From Tricharina praecox (lineage: Eukaryota): a stretch of DNA of 64,000 bases. Below are positions 1-9,406 of this stretch, piece after piece; the first letter of the stretch is position 1; each line of letters starts with the position of its first letter. The translations under genes were made by a program, and so were the position numbers. The notes below the pieces were generated by a model, which was not told where the DNA came from, did no database searches, and was given only the letters and a program-made list of their open reading frames with translations. Location: positions 1 to 64,000 of the forward strand of contig NW_026250404.1 in NCBI RefSeq assembly GCF_024521635.1, read 5' to 3'.

Positions 1-946
1 GGCGTAAATCCCTCCTTGAGTGGAATCTTATGGTCGTAGTGTCGGTGCGGGGGCAAGTTCTGGGCAAGGGCTTCAGAGAATAGCGGTAGGAACTCGTGGT
101 ATTGGTGAGGTATATGTGCCGTGGGGTCCTTGTTTCCTTCCAGTGCGCCGTTGACCTCGGCAAGCGTGGTGTTGAAAACCGTGAGGCTTTCCTTGTTGAC
201 CAGTTCTTAGAATGACTTCATCTGTAAGGCTGAGATTCTGACTGTGCTTTCCCTTGAAAGGTTAGTGCATTCTTCGTGATTCTTCCTTGGGGGAGACGTA
301 ATGTAGCGGGCCACGATGTCGCCGGCCCCCGCGCTTACCGCTGGCTCTTGCTGAGCTGCTTTTGACGCGAGAGCATAGGTGGATACGTCAGGCGGGTCGG
401 TGGTGATTCCATGTGCAACTGTGGGCACCGCATTGCAATTGGCTGTGCAGTATTGGGAGCCGAAGGTGAGGGTTCGGGAGCTGAATCGGATGGCCACATC
501 GTGGAGGTCCATCCAGGGGATTCCGAGTACAACGGGGTAGTGGCCTAGTTTGGTGACAAAGATAGGCATTTCCTCGTGGTGTTCCTGTATGGACAGGGTG
601 GTGGTGGCAACATGTGTGATGTCGCCTGACTCGATGGGACGGCCATCGATGACTTCAAGACTTCGCGGGGATTTCAGGGGTACGAGGGGTAGGTGGTGAT
701 GGCGGGCGAAGTCTTTGTCTACAAATGCAATTCCGGTTGCCCCACAGTCGATCAGCGCATGCGTGGCAATGGTTCTGTCACCAAACGAAAGGTTACACAA
801 TACAACAAGATGTCTTCCTTCCATTGATGATTCTTCCACAACCCTTCCTGACACTGAGAGACTAGACAAACCAAAAATAGGGGACATAGGAGACAAAGAC
901 TTATCCTGGGTACGACCAACAACAGTGTCATCAAGCGGTTGTTGGT

Positions 947-2143
947 CTAGGCTTTTCCCGACTGCTGGGAAGTCTCGCCGCAATCCTGGTTGCAGTTGTG
1001 ATAGGTGTGAGTCGGGGTGGTGTTGGTGGGCTGGGCTGACTCCAGCCGGGCAACGGCTGCTCGGAACGGATTTCGGTTTTTGTTGGGGCAATGCCTGGCC
1101 ATGTGGCCACTTCCCCCACAGTACAGGCAGCGGCCTTCGCGGAGCCGGGCAGCATGCTCTTGGTCTGGGATCCTGCGGCTGTTGGCACTCAAGTCCATGG
1201 CTCCGGGAGCCGTTCCTGTGGCAGTGGTCGTCGCGGGCATGGTGTTGTGGGTGGTGTGCCTGAGCGGCGCCGTTGGGTGTGAGGCGCTACTCTGCCGAGG
1301 GGGGTTGGTGGTGCGGCGTCCCTCACGAAGTTGGAGGGCACGCAGCTCGGAGTCAAGGCGTTGACAGAGGGCCACAAACTCATCGTAGTTGAGGCCCTGA
1401 GTAGGGCCCACAAGTTGCCGGTGGAGTTCGAAGGATACTCGTTCTCGCCGCGCGTCAAATTCTGCATGCTTGTCCCAATTGAGCTTGGAGACAAGCATCT
1501 GGAATTCCGCAAAGTAGGAGGTGAACTCCTTATTGCCTTGCTTCAGGTGGTGTAGCTTGGCTCAAGCGGTGGCCGCTGGGTCAGGGTCACCAAATGCGTT
1601 GTTCAGGAGTGTGATGATCGCATCAGCGTCGGTGAGGGTGATATTGTGATTCTCGATGTACGGCAGGATCTGGGCTTGGGCGCGGCCTTCCAAGCGATTG
1701 AAGGCACAGGCCATTCGGAGTGCTGGAGTTGGGAAACGGGCTTGGTCGCTGTACAGCTTGAGTCGAAGTTGCGCAACGAACCCTTCCAGTTTCTTGCGTG
1801 TTCCGTCGAACATGGCTGGCTCAGGGACACGCTCAGCGCGGCTTTGAGGTTGGGTTTCAACGGTGGCGAGGCGGTTGGCGATGCGGCGGGTGTCAGCAAG
1901 TTGTTCTTCGAGTTCGTCGAATCGCCAGGTCGGTACGGCTATTGGGGACAGGGTGATTGCGCGGGCTAGGATTCTGAATTCGTTGTACAACCCCATCATG
2001 GTTGCATCATCGGCGGGTGCATCATGATTGACGAAGATCTCGAGTTGTTTGTAGATGGCGGCGGGAATTTGTCAGTAGAAGGGAGGTGCCACTGGTACTT
2101 CGTGCTGCTGGGGGGCCTCGGGTACCTGAGTCTTGGTGGCCAT
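947..2143 (-). pseudogene. gag: Gag of copy A1, interrupted by TGA stops
   Basis: ORF pieces 1562-1999 and 947-1498 match the intact Gag at 4221-5417, including CLYCGGSGHMARHC. Confidence 0.95.
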
Positions 2144-2182
2144 GGTAGTTCGCTAGGTGGAGAGATAGGGGACGCAACAAAG

Positions 2183-2741
2183 TGTAACGGCACGGTCGGG
2201 CAAGGCTCGAGGTAGCGAAGTTGGGCTGGGGATCCAGTTCTGGGTTCGGCAGAGGCAAGACGGGTTCAGGGGACAAGGTGAGGCAGGGTTCAGTGCAGAC
2301 GGCAACTGAGAACAGAGGCAGGGACAAGGACTACGGCACAGACGGCAGCCGAGGCAAGGACTGAGGTAACAGTGGTTGAAGTAACAAGTTGTTGCGTGAA
2401 GAACTAAATACAGAGGGGTAACGGCCCGTTTATATAGAAAATCCTCCACTTCTTCCCGCAACCTGACAATGACCGTGGGCGTGTGCCAGACCCTGAGAAA
2501 TCCACCTTGCCAGTACCCCACTTCCGGGACTCATACCCTGCGCAGCTGCACTACCCCTGCTTCCTGCACACAGCCCCAATCTCCTGCGACTCATTACTGC
2601 GCTATCCCTGCTCCCTGCACACAGCCCCCAATCCTCTGCGACTCATCCTTGCACTGCCGGTACACTGCCTCTGCACTGCCCCTCAACTCTCCCGATCCTT
2701 GTGCCGACCCTCCCTTCGTCATTCCCTCACGAGCCGTGACA
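2183..2741 (-). repeat. Family A 5' LTR (559 bp)
   Basis: TGTCACGG...CCGTTACA on the minus strand; same length as the other family A LTRs. Confidence 0.97.
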
Positions 2742-3622
2742 GCAAGAGTGAGCTCGACCATTTTGAGTGGGCCCCAGCACGGCGCAGGTTGGGCAGCCCT
2801 AGGTATATGTTTGCGGTATGAAGCGGCCACGGCCCCAGGAACTCACTAGTGGTACCAGGGATACGCATAGACGGACGGATTAACCTGTTTTTACTCATCC
2901 AACTGCGGCATGCGCAGCGAAGTGCGAGCCCCCTATCCCCGCCATCGGACCACGGCCCATCATAGACATGCCACTTCTATGGTCTGAGGGTAAACAACAC
3001 TGAATTGGTGTGCTCGTGAATAGAGGATGCACCATTCCGATGATCGATGGGGGTCCTGCAGAGAAGTTGCGGCTGCTTCTCATGGAGCGTCCCAAATCAA
3101 TCGAAATCAAGGACTTCCATGAAACCATTGTGAAAGGCGCTGGCGAATATTATTCAATGCCGATGATTCTCCAGAACTGAAAGCATTACTCCACCAAAAC
3201 TTTCGAGATTCCTACACCGGACAATTATGATGCTTACCTCCTTCATTGGTGGATGGCAAAACATCAACCGTCTAGGATCTGGACCAATGGAGGCAGGAAC
3301 ATCCACTTTGACAGCACAGGGTGCAAGGAACACTGCACCCGGTACTAAGCAACGGCCTTTCCAATTGACCTTGACACCTCTGTGGTTCACAACTCAACAG
3401 CTCCCATTATTGCCTATGTTTCAACAGACGCAACCTCAGAAGACCCACTAACCTTGGTACCCCAGAAGTTCAGACAATTTGCCGGCCTCAGGGGACAGGA
3501 AGCTGCGGATGGGTGGCGTGATCACAAGCCTTGTCATCACGCAATCGATCTGAAAGAAGCAGGAGTGCCACCATGGGGAGCCATGTACGCTCTTTCTGAG
3601 ATAGCACATCAGGCACTCACGG
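2742..3622 (+). pseudogene. Family B gypsy element B1, left part (gag end, protease, pre-RT region), decayed
   Basis: Similar to 14060-14850 (GPRPII, IEIKDFH, WWMAKH motifs). Ends at HQALT, where element A2 inserted. Confidence 0.88.
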
Positions 3623-4181
3623 TGTCACGGCTCGCGATGGAATGACGAAGGGAGGGTCGGCACAAGGATCGGGAGAGTTGGGGGGCAGTGCAGAGGCAGT
3701 GCACCGGCAGTGCAAGGATGAGTCGCAGAGGATTTCGGGCTGTGTGCAGGGAGCAGGGATAGCGCAGCAATGAGTCGCAGGAGATTGGGGCTGTGTGCAG
3801 GAAACAGGGGTAGTGCGGCTGCGCAGGGTATGAGTCACGGAAGTGGGGTACTGGCAAGGTGGATTTCTCGGGGTCTGGCACACGCCCACGGTCATTGTCA
3901 GGTTGCGGGAAGAAGTGGAGGATTTTCTATATAAACGGGCCGTTGCCCCTCTGTATTTAGTTCTTCACGCAACAACTTGTTAATTCAACCACTGTTACCT
4001 CTGTCCTTGCCTCGGCTGCCGTCTGCGCCGTAGTCCTTGTCCCTGCCTCTGTTCTCAGTTGCCGTCTGCACTGAGCCCTGCCTCACCTTGTCCCCTGAAC
4101 CCGTCTTGCCTCTACCGAACCCAGAACCCGATCCCCAGCCCGACTTCGCTACCTGGAGCCTTGCCCGACCGTGCCGTTACA
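3623..4181 (+). repeat. 5' LTR of A2
   Basis: TG...CA ends with imperfect terminal inverted repeat TGTCACGGC/GCCGTTACA; direct repeat of 9256-9814. Confidence 0.99.
3928..3935 (+). promoter_or_regulatory. TATA box in LTR U3
   Basis: TATATAAA, conserved in all family A LTR copies, about 30 nt upstream of the predicted self-primer and transcript start. Confidence 0.75.
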
Positions 4182-4183
4182 CT

Positions 4184-4192
4184 TTGTTGCGT
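4184..4192 (+). promoter_or_regulatory. Self-priming-type primer binding site of family A
   Basis: TTGTTGCGT, 2 nt after the LTR, is the exact reverse complement of ACGCAACAA at 3967-3975 in the LTR. Confidence 0.8.
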
Positions 4193-4220
4193 CCCCTATC
4201 TCTCCACCTAGCGAACTACC

Positions 4221-5417
4221 ATGGCCACCAACACTCAGGTACCCGACGTCCCCCAGCAGGACGAAGTACCAGTGGCACCCCCCTTCTACCGAGAAATTCC
4301 CGCCGCCATCTACGAACAACTCGAAATCATCGTCAATCATGATGTACCCGCCGATGATGCAACCCTGATGGGGTTGTACAATGAATTCAGAATCCTCGCC
4401 CGCGCAATCACCCAGTCCCCAATAGCCGTACCGACCTGGCGATTCGACGACCTCGAAGAACAACTTGCCGACGCCCGCCGCATCGCCAACCGCCTCGCAA
4501 CCGTCGAAACCCAACCTCAAAGCCGCGCTGAGCGTGTCCCAGAGCCAGCCATGTTCGACGGAACACGCGAGAAACTGGAAGGGTTCGTTGCGCAACTTCG
4601 ACTCAAGCTGTACAGCGACCCAGCCCGTTTCCCAACTCCAGCACTCCGAATGGCCTATGCCTTCAACCGCTTGGAAGGCCGCGCCCAAGCCCAGATCCTG
4701 CCGTACATCGAGAATCACAACATCACCCTCACCGACGCTGATGCGATCATCACACTCCTGAACAACGCATTTGGTGACCCTGACCCAGCGGCCACCGCTC
4801 GAGCCAAGCTACACCACCTGAAACAAGGCAATAAGGAGTTCACCTCCTACTTTGCGGAATTCCAGATGCTTGTCTCCAAGCTCAATTGGGACGAGCATGC
4901 GAAACTTGACGCGCTGCGAGAGGGAGTATCCATCGAACTCCACCGGCAACTTGTGGGCCGTACTCAGGGCCTCAACTACGATGAGTTTGTGGCCCTCTGT
5001 CAACGCCTTGACTCCGAGCTGCGTGCCCTCCAACTTCGTGAGGGACGTCGCACCACCAACCCCCCTCGGCAGAGTAGCGCCCCACACCCAACGGCGCCGC
5101 TCAGGCACACCACCCACAACACCATGCCCGCGACGACCACTGCCACAGGAACGGCCCCCGGAGCCATGGACTTGAGTGCCAACAGCCGCAGGATCCCAGA
5201 CCAAGAGCGTGCTGCCCGGCTCCGCGAAGGCCGCTGCCTGTACTGTGGGGGAAGTGGCCACATGGCCAGGCACTGCCCCAACAAGAACCGAAATCCGTTC
5301 CGAGCAGCCGTTGCCCGGCTGGAGTCAGCCCAGCCCACCAACACCACCCCGACTCACACCTATCACAACTGCAACCAGGATTGCGGCGAGACCTCCCAGC
5401 AGTCGGGAAAAGCCTAG
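4221..5417 (+). CDS. gag: Gag (capsid plus CCHC zinc knuckle), 398 aa
   Basis: ATG 39 nt after the LTR; PEPAMFDG capsid-type motif, PGAMDLS motif, knuckle CLYCGGSGHMARHC. Confidence 0.96.
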   Translation: MATNTQVPDVPQQDEVPVAPPFYREIPAAIYEQLEIIVNHDVPADDATLMGLYNEFRILARAITQSPIAVPTWRFDDLEEQLADARRIANRLATVETQPQSRAERVPEPAMFDGTREKLEGFVAQLRLKLYSDPARFPTPALRMAYAFNRLEGRAQAQILPYIENHNITLTDADAIITLLNNAFGDPDPAATARAKLHHLKQGNKEFTSYFAEFQMLVSKLNWDEHAKLDALREGVSIELHRQLVGRTQGLNYDEFVALCQRLDSELRALQLREGRRTTNPPRQSSAPHPTAPLRHTTHNTMPATTTATGTAPGAMDLSANSRRIPDQERAARLREGRCLYCGGSGHMARHCPNKNRNPFRAAVARLESAQPTNTTPTHTYHNCNQDCGETSQQSGKA

Positions 5418-5450
5418 ACCAACAACCGCTTGATGGCACTGTTGTTGGTC
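5405..5450 (+). promoter_or_regulatory. -1 programmed ribosomal frameshift signal
   Basis: Slippery heptamer G GGA AAA (5405-5411) in the gag frame, 5-nt spacer, perfect 10-bp stem GACCAACAAC (5417-5426) / GTTGTTGGTC (5441-5450); pol lies in the -1 frame. Confidence 0.88.
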
Positions 5451-8400
5451 GTACCCAGGATAAGTCTTTGTCTCCTATGTCCCCTATTTTTCGTTTGTCT
5501 AGTCTTTCAGTGTCAGGAATGGTTGTGGAAGAATCATCAATGGAAGGAAAACATCTTGTTGTATTGTGTAACCTTTCGTTTGGTGACAAAACTATTGCCA
5601 CGCATGCGCTGATCGACTGTGGGGCAACCGGAATTGCATTTGTAGACAAAGACTTCGCCCGCCATCACCACCTACCCCTCGTACCCCTGAAATCCCCGCG
5701 AAGTCTCGAAGTCATCGATGGCCGTCCCATCGAGTCAGGCGACATCACACATGTTGCCACCACCACCCTGTCCATACAGGAACACCACGAGGAAATCCCT
5801 ATGTTTGTCACCAAACTAGGCCACTACCCCGTTGTACTCGGAATCCCCTGGATGGACCTCCACGATGTGGCCATCCGGTTCAGCTCCCGAACCCTCACCT
5901 TCGGCTCCCAATACTGCACAGCCAACTGCAATGCGGTGCCCACAGTTGCACATGGAATCACCACCGACCCACCTGACGTATCCACCTATGCTCTCGCGTC
6001 AAAAGCAGCTCAGCAAGAGCCAGCGGTAAGCGCGGGGGCCGGCGACATCGTGGCCCGCTACATTACGTCTCCCCCAAGGAAGAATCACCAAGAATGCACT
6101 AACCTTTCAAGGGAAAGCACAGTCAGAATCTCAGCCTTACAGATGGAGTCATTCCAAGAACTGGTCAACAAGGAAAGCCTCACGATTTTCAACACCACGC
6201 TTGCCGAGGTCAACGGCGCACTGGAAGGAAACAAGGACCCCACGGCACATATCCCTCACGAATACCACGAGTTCCTACCGCTATTCTCTGAAGCCCTTGC
6301 CCAGAACCTGCCCCCGCACCGACACTACGACCATAAGATTCCACTCAAGGAGGGATTTACGCCCCCATACGGACCCCTGTACTCACTTTCGAAAACGGAG
6401 CTTGTCGCACTGAAGGAATGGCTTGACGACAACCTCCGCAAAGGTTTCATCCGTGCCTCTTCCTCTCCAGCAGCATCGCCAATCCTGTTTGTCAAGAAAT
6501 CGGACGGCTCCCTACGCCTGTGTGTGGATTACAGGGGCCTGAACGAAGGAACAATCAAGAACAGGTACCCACTCCCACTCCTCCAAGAAACTCTGATGCG
6601 GCTATCCGGGGCAAAATACTTCACTACCCTGGATATCCGTGGTGCCTACAACCTTGTGCGGATGGCGGAAGGAGAAGAGTGGAAAACTGCCTTCCGGACA
6701 CGCTATGGGCTCTTCGAATCCCTCGTCATGCCCTTCGGCCTCACCAACGCCCCTGCCGACTTCCAAGCTCTGATCAATGATGTGCTACGCCCGTTCCTCG
6801 ACGACTTCTGTACCGCATTCATCGACGACGTCTTCATTTACAGCGGATCCTTAGATGAACACCGGAAACATGTCAGGAAAGTACTTCAGGCCTTATCAGC
6901 AGCCGGTCTGCATCTCAAACCCGAAAAATGTCATTTCCACCAGACGGAAGTCAAGTATTTGGGACTGATCATTACAACAAACGGGATCAAGATGGACCCA
7001 TCGAAAGTCTCCTGCATACTGGAATGGGAGGAGCCGAGTACCGTCACCGATGTGCAATGCTTTCTGGGATTTGCGAACTTCTACCGGCGATTCATCCAAG
7101 ACTATTCCAAGGTGGTATCCCCATTGACAGCATTGACCAAGAAGGAGGATGGAAAGTATGTTCCCTTCGTGTGGGGACCGGAACAGCAGAAAGCATTCGA
7201 CGAACTAAAAACAGCATTCACCTCGGCCCCGATCCTCCGGCACTTCGACTACGATCGGGAGATAGTAGTGGAAACTGACGCCTCCGACTACGTCTCTGCC
7301 GGAGTCCTATCTCAGTACGACGACGAGGGAATCCTGCACCCAGTGGCATTCTATTCCAAGAAACACTCCCCGGCAGAATGCAACTACGAGATCTATGACA
7401 AAGAACTCCTTGCAATCATCCGCGCCTTTGAGGAGTGGAGACCACACCTGGAGGGCGCTCCTCACCCCATCCAAGTCCTAAGCGACCACAAGAATCTGGA
7501 GTATTTCATGACAACGAAACTACTCAACCGACGACAAGCGCGATGGTCAGAGTTCCTTTCCCGTTTCCATTTCAAGATTGTCTACCGACCAGGCAAAGCG
7601 GGAGGAAAACCAGATGCACTGACCAGGAGGTCAGGAGACCTCCCTAAAGAAGGGGATGAAAGACTGCTTGCCAACCAGCAGGCAGTCCTGAAACCGGATA
7701 ACCTACCGGAAGAGCTCCGGTTGGCAGCAACCAACACACCCGAACAAGACCGTCCCCTCCTCACGTCACTGATAACAGAAGGCTACGACATAGACCCCGT
7801 CCCAAATCGAATCCTCGAGCTACTCCGAAATGGTACACGCCACTCGAAGGAGATCTCCTTGGCCGAATGCCGTGAAGTCAACGGGCGACTGATCTACCGA
7901 GACTGCCTCTATGTTCCAGAGTACGACCGACTCCGACTACGACTGATCCAGGACCACCACGACCCACCGACCATGGGGCACCCAGGGCGCGCAAAAACCC
8001 TGGAACTACTTGCTCGAAGGTACTACTGGCCACAGATGCGAAAGGACGTTGACCAGTTTGTCCGAAACTGCCACACCTGCCGACGAACCAAGGCCACCCG
8101 GCACGCACCCTATGGTGTCCTGCGCCCCCTCCCAGTACCCGAGAAGCCATGGCAACACATCTCAGTCGACTTTGTCACTGGCTTACCGGCCTCAAAGGGG
8201 TTTGACGCCATCTGTGTTTTTGTTGACCGACTGACCAAGCAACGCCATCTCCTACCATGTACCACGACCATCACCTCGGAAGGACTGGCCGAGCTGTTCT
8301 GCGACCGGATCTTCAGGTACCACGGGTTGCCAGAAACCATCGTCTCGGATAGGGGTCCCCAGTTTGCCTCGAGATTCTGGAAACACCTATGCTCATGCCT

Positions 8401-9406
8401 CAAGATCGAGCCACGCCTGTCAACTGCCTTCCACCCCCAGACCGACGGCCAAACCGAACGGATGAACGCCGTCATGGAACAGCACCTCTGTGCGTACGTC
8501 AGCTACCTCCAGGATGACTGGGTCGACTACCTCTTCTTGGCCGAATTCGCCGGCAACAACCAGGTCTCCGACACGACTACCCTGTCCCCATTCTTCGCTA
8601 ACCTAGGATACCGCCCACGGTGTGACTTTGAGCTGGATATCCGTGTCGACACCAAGGAGGAACATCAAGCTCAGAGTGCAGCGGAACGGTTGCATCAAAT
8701 CCACGACGTCGCCCGCAGCCAAATGCGGTATGCCCAGGCACGGCAACAGGACGACTCCGACCGACACCGAACCCCTGCGCCAGCCTTCCAACCAGGCGAC
8801 ATGGTATGGGTGGATGGTCGGAACTGGCGCACCGAGAGACCCAGTCGCAAGCTGGAAAACAAACACCATGGTCCCTACCGTGTGATTCGGATAATCGGAA
8901 CCCACGCCTACGAATTGGACATCCCGGACACCGTTCAGAATCACCGAACATTTCCTGTATCCCTCCTTCATGCCTCCGCTGACGATCCCTTCCCTGGACA
9001 AATTCCACCGCCACCACTTCCGGTAATCGTGGACGACCAAGAAGAATGGGAGGTTGAAGAGGTCCTCGACAGCCGGAACCTCAGGGGCAAACTCCAGTAC
9101 CTGGTGAAATGGAGAGGCTACGCGGCACCAACATGGGAACCAGAGGAGAACCTTACCGAGGTACAAGCTGTGGACGACTTCCATCGACGATACCCCATGC
9201 AGCCTGGACCAGTCGAACTTGCTCTCGTGGGAACTCGAGCCTTAGGAGGGACTACTGTCACGGCTCGCGATGGAATGACGAAGGGAGGGTCGGCACAAGG
9301 ATCGGGAGAGTTGGGGGGCAGTGCAGAGGCAGTGCACCGGCAGTGCAAGGATGAGTCGCAGAGGATTTCGGGCTGTGTGCAGGGAGCAGGGATAGCGCAG
9401 CAATGA
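5405..9406 (+). CDS. pol: Pol polyprotein: aspartic protease, RT, RNase H, integrase, chromodomain (probably made as a Gag-Pol fusion)
   Basis: Uninterrupted ORF with [55 protein letters not shown], and WEVEEVLDSR..YLVKWRGY..TWEPEENL. Confidence 0.98.
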   Translation, partial: GKSLDQQPLDGTVVGRTQDKSLSPMSPIFRLSSLSVSGMVVEESSMEGKHLVVLCNLSFGDKTIATHALIDCGATGIAFVDKDFARHHHLPLVPLKSPRSLEVIDGRPIESGDITHVATTTLSIQEHHEEIPMFVTKLGHYPVVLGIPWMDLHDVAIRFSSRTLTFGSQYCTANCNAVPTVAHGITTDPPDVSTYALASKAAQQEPAVSAGAGDIVARYITSPPRKNHQECTNLSRESTVRISALQMESFQELVNKESLTIFNTTLAEVNGALEGNKDPTAHIPHEYHEFLPLFSEALAQNLPPHRHYDHKIPLKEGFTPPYGPLYSLSKTELVALKEWLDDNLRKGFIRASSSPAASPILFVKKSDGSLRLCVDYRGLNEGTIKNRYPLPLLQETLMRLSGAKYFTTLDIRGAYNLVRMAEGEEWKTAFRTRYGLFESLVMPFGLTNAPADFQALINDVLRPFLDDFCTAFIDDVFIYSGSLDEHRKHVRKVLQALSAAGLHLKPEKCHFHQTEVKYLGLIITTNGIKMDPSKVSCILEWEEPSTVTDVQCFLGFANFYRRFIQDYSKVVSPLTALTKKEDGKYVPFVWGPEQQKAFDELKTAFTSAPILRHFDYDREIVVETDASDYVSAGVLSQYDDEGILHPVAFYSKKHSPAECNYEIYDKELLAIIRAFEEWRPHLEGAPHPIQVLSDHKNLEYFMTTKLLNRRQARWSEFLSRFHFKIVYRPGKAGGKPDALTRRSGDLPKEGDERLLANQQAVLKPDNLPEELRLAATNTPEQDRPLLTSLITEGYDIDPVPNRILELLRNGTRHSKEISLAECREVNGRLIYRDCLYVPEYDRLRLRLIQDHHDPPTMGHPGRAKTLELLARRYYWPQMRKDVDQFVRNCHTCRRTKATRHAPYGVLRPLPVPEKPWQHISVDFVTGLPASKGFDAICVFVDRLTKQRHLLPCTTTITSEGLAELFCDRIFRYHGLPETIVSDRGPQFASRFWKHLCSCLKIEPRLSTAFHPQTDGQTERMNAVMEQHLCAYVSYLQDDWVDYLFLAEFAGNNQVSDTTTLSPFFANLGYRPRCDFELDIRVDTKEEHQAQSAAERLHQIHDVARSQMRYAQARQQDDSDRHRTPAPAFQPGDMVWVDGRNWRTERPSRKLENKHHGPYRVIRIIGTHAYELDIPDTVQNHRTFPVSLLHASADDPFPGQIPPPPLPVIVDDQEEWEVEEVLDSRNLRGKLQYLVKWRGYAAPTWEPEENLTEVQAVDDFHRRYPMQPGPVELALVGTRALGGTTVTARDGMTKGGSAQGSGELGGSAEAVHRQCKDESQRISGCVQGAGIAQQ

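Larger units (their letters stand above)
1..2741 (-). mobile_element. Family A Ty3/Gypsy chromovirus, defective copy A1 (5' LTR, gag, protease; continues beyond the window start)
   Basis: Reverse-complement near-identity to 3623-6363; 5' LTR at 2183-2741; nonsense codons in gag (about 2072 and 1562-1564) and pol (207-209). Confidence 0.97.

Noticed and set aside
2022..2849. Recurrent ORFs within family A LTRs (MSLPLFSVAV.., MPDPEKSTLP..)
   Set aside because: They recur only because the LTR is repeated; they have non-ATG starts, variable ends and no protein motifs.
4182..4200. tRNA-type primer binding site
   Set aside because: There is no TGG start complementary to a tRNA CCA end; complementarity to the element's own LTR explains the site better.
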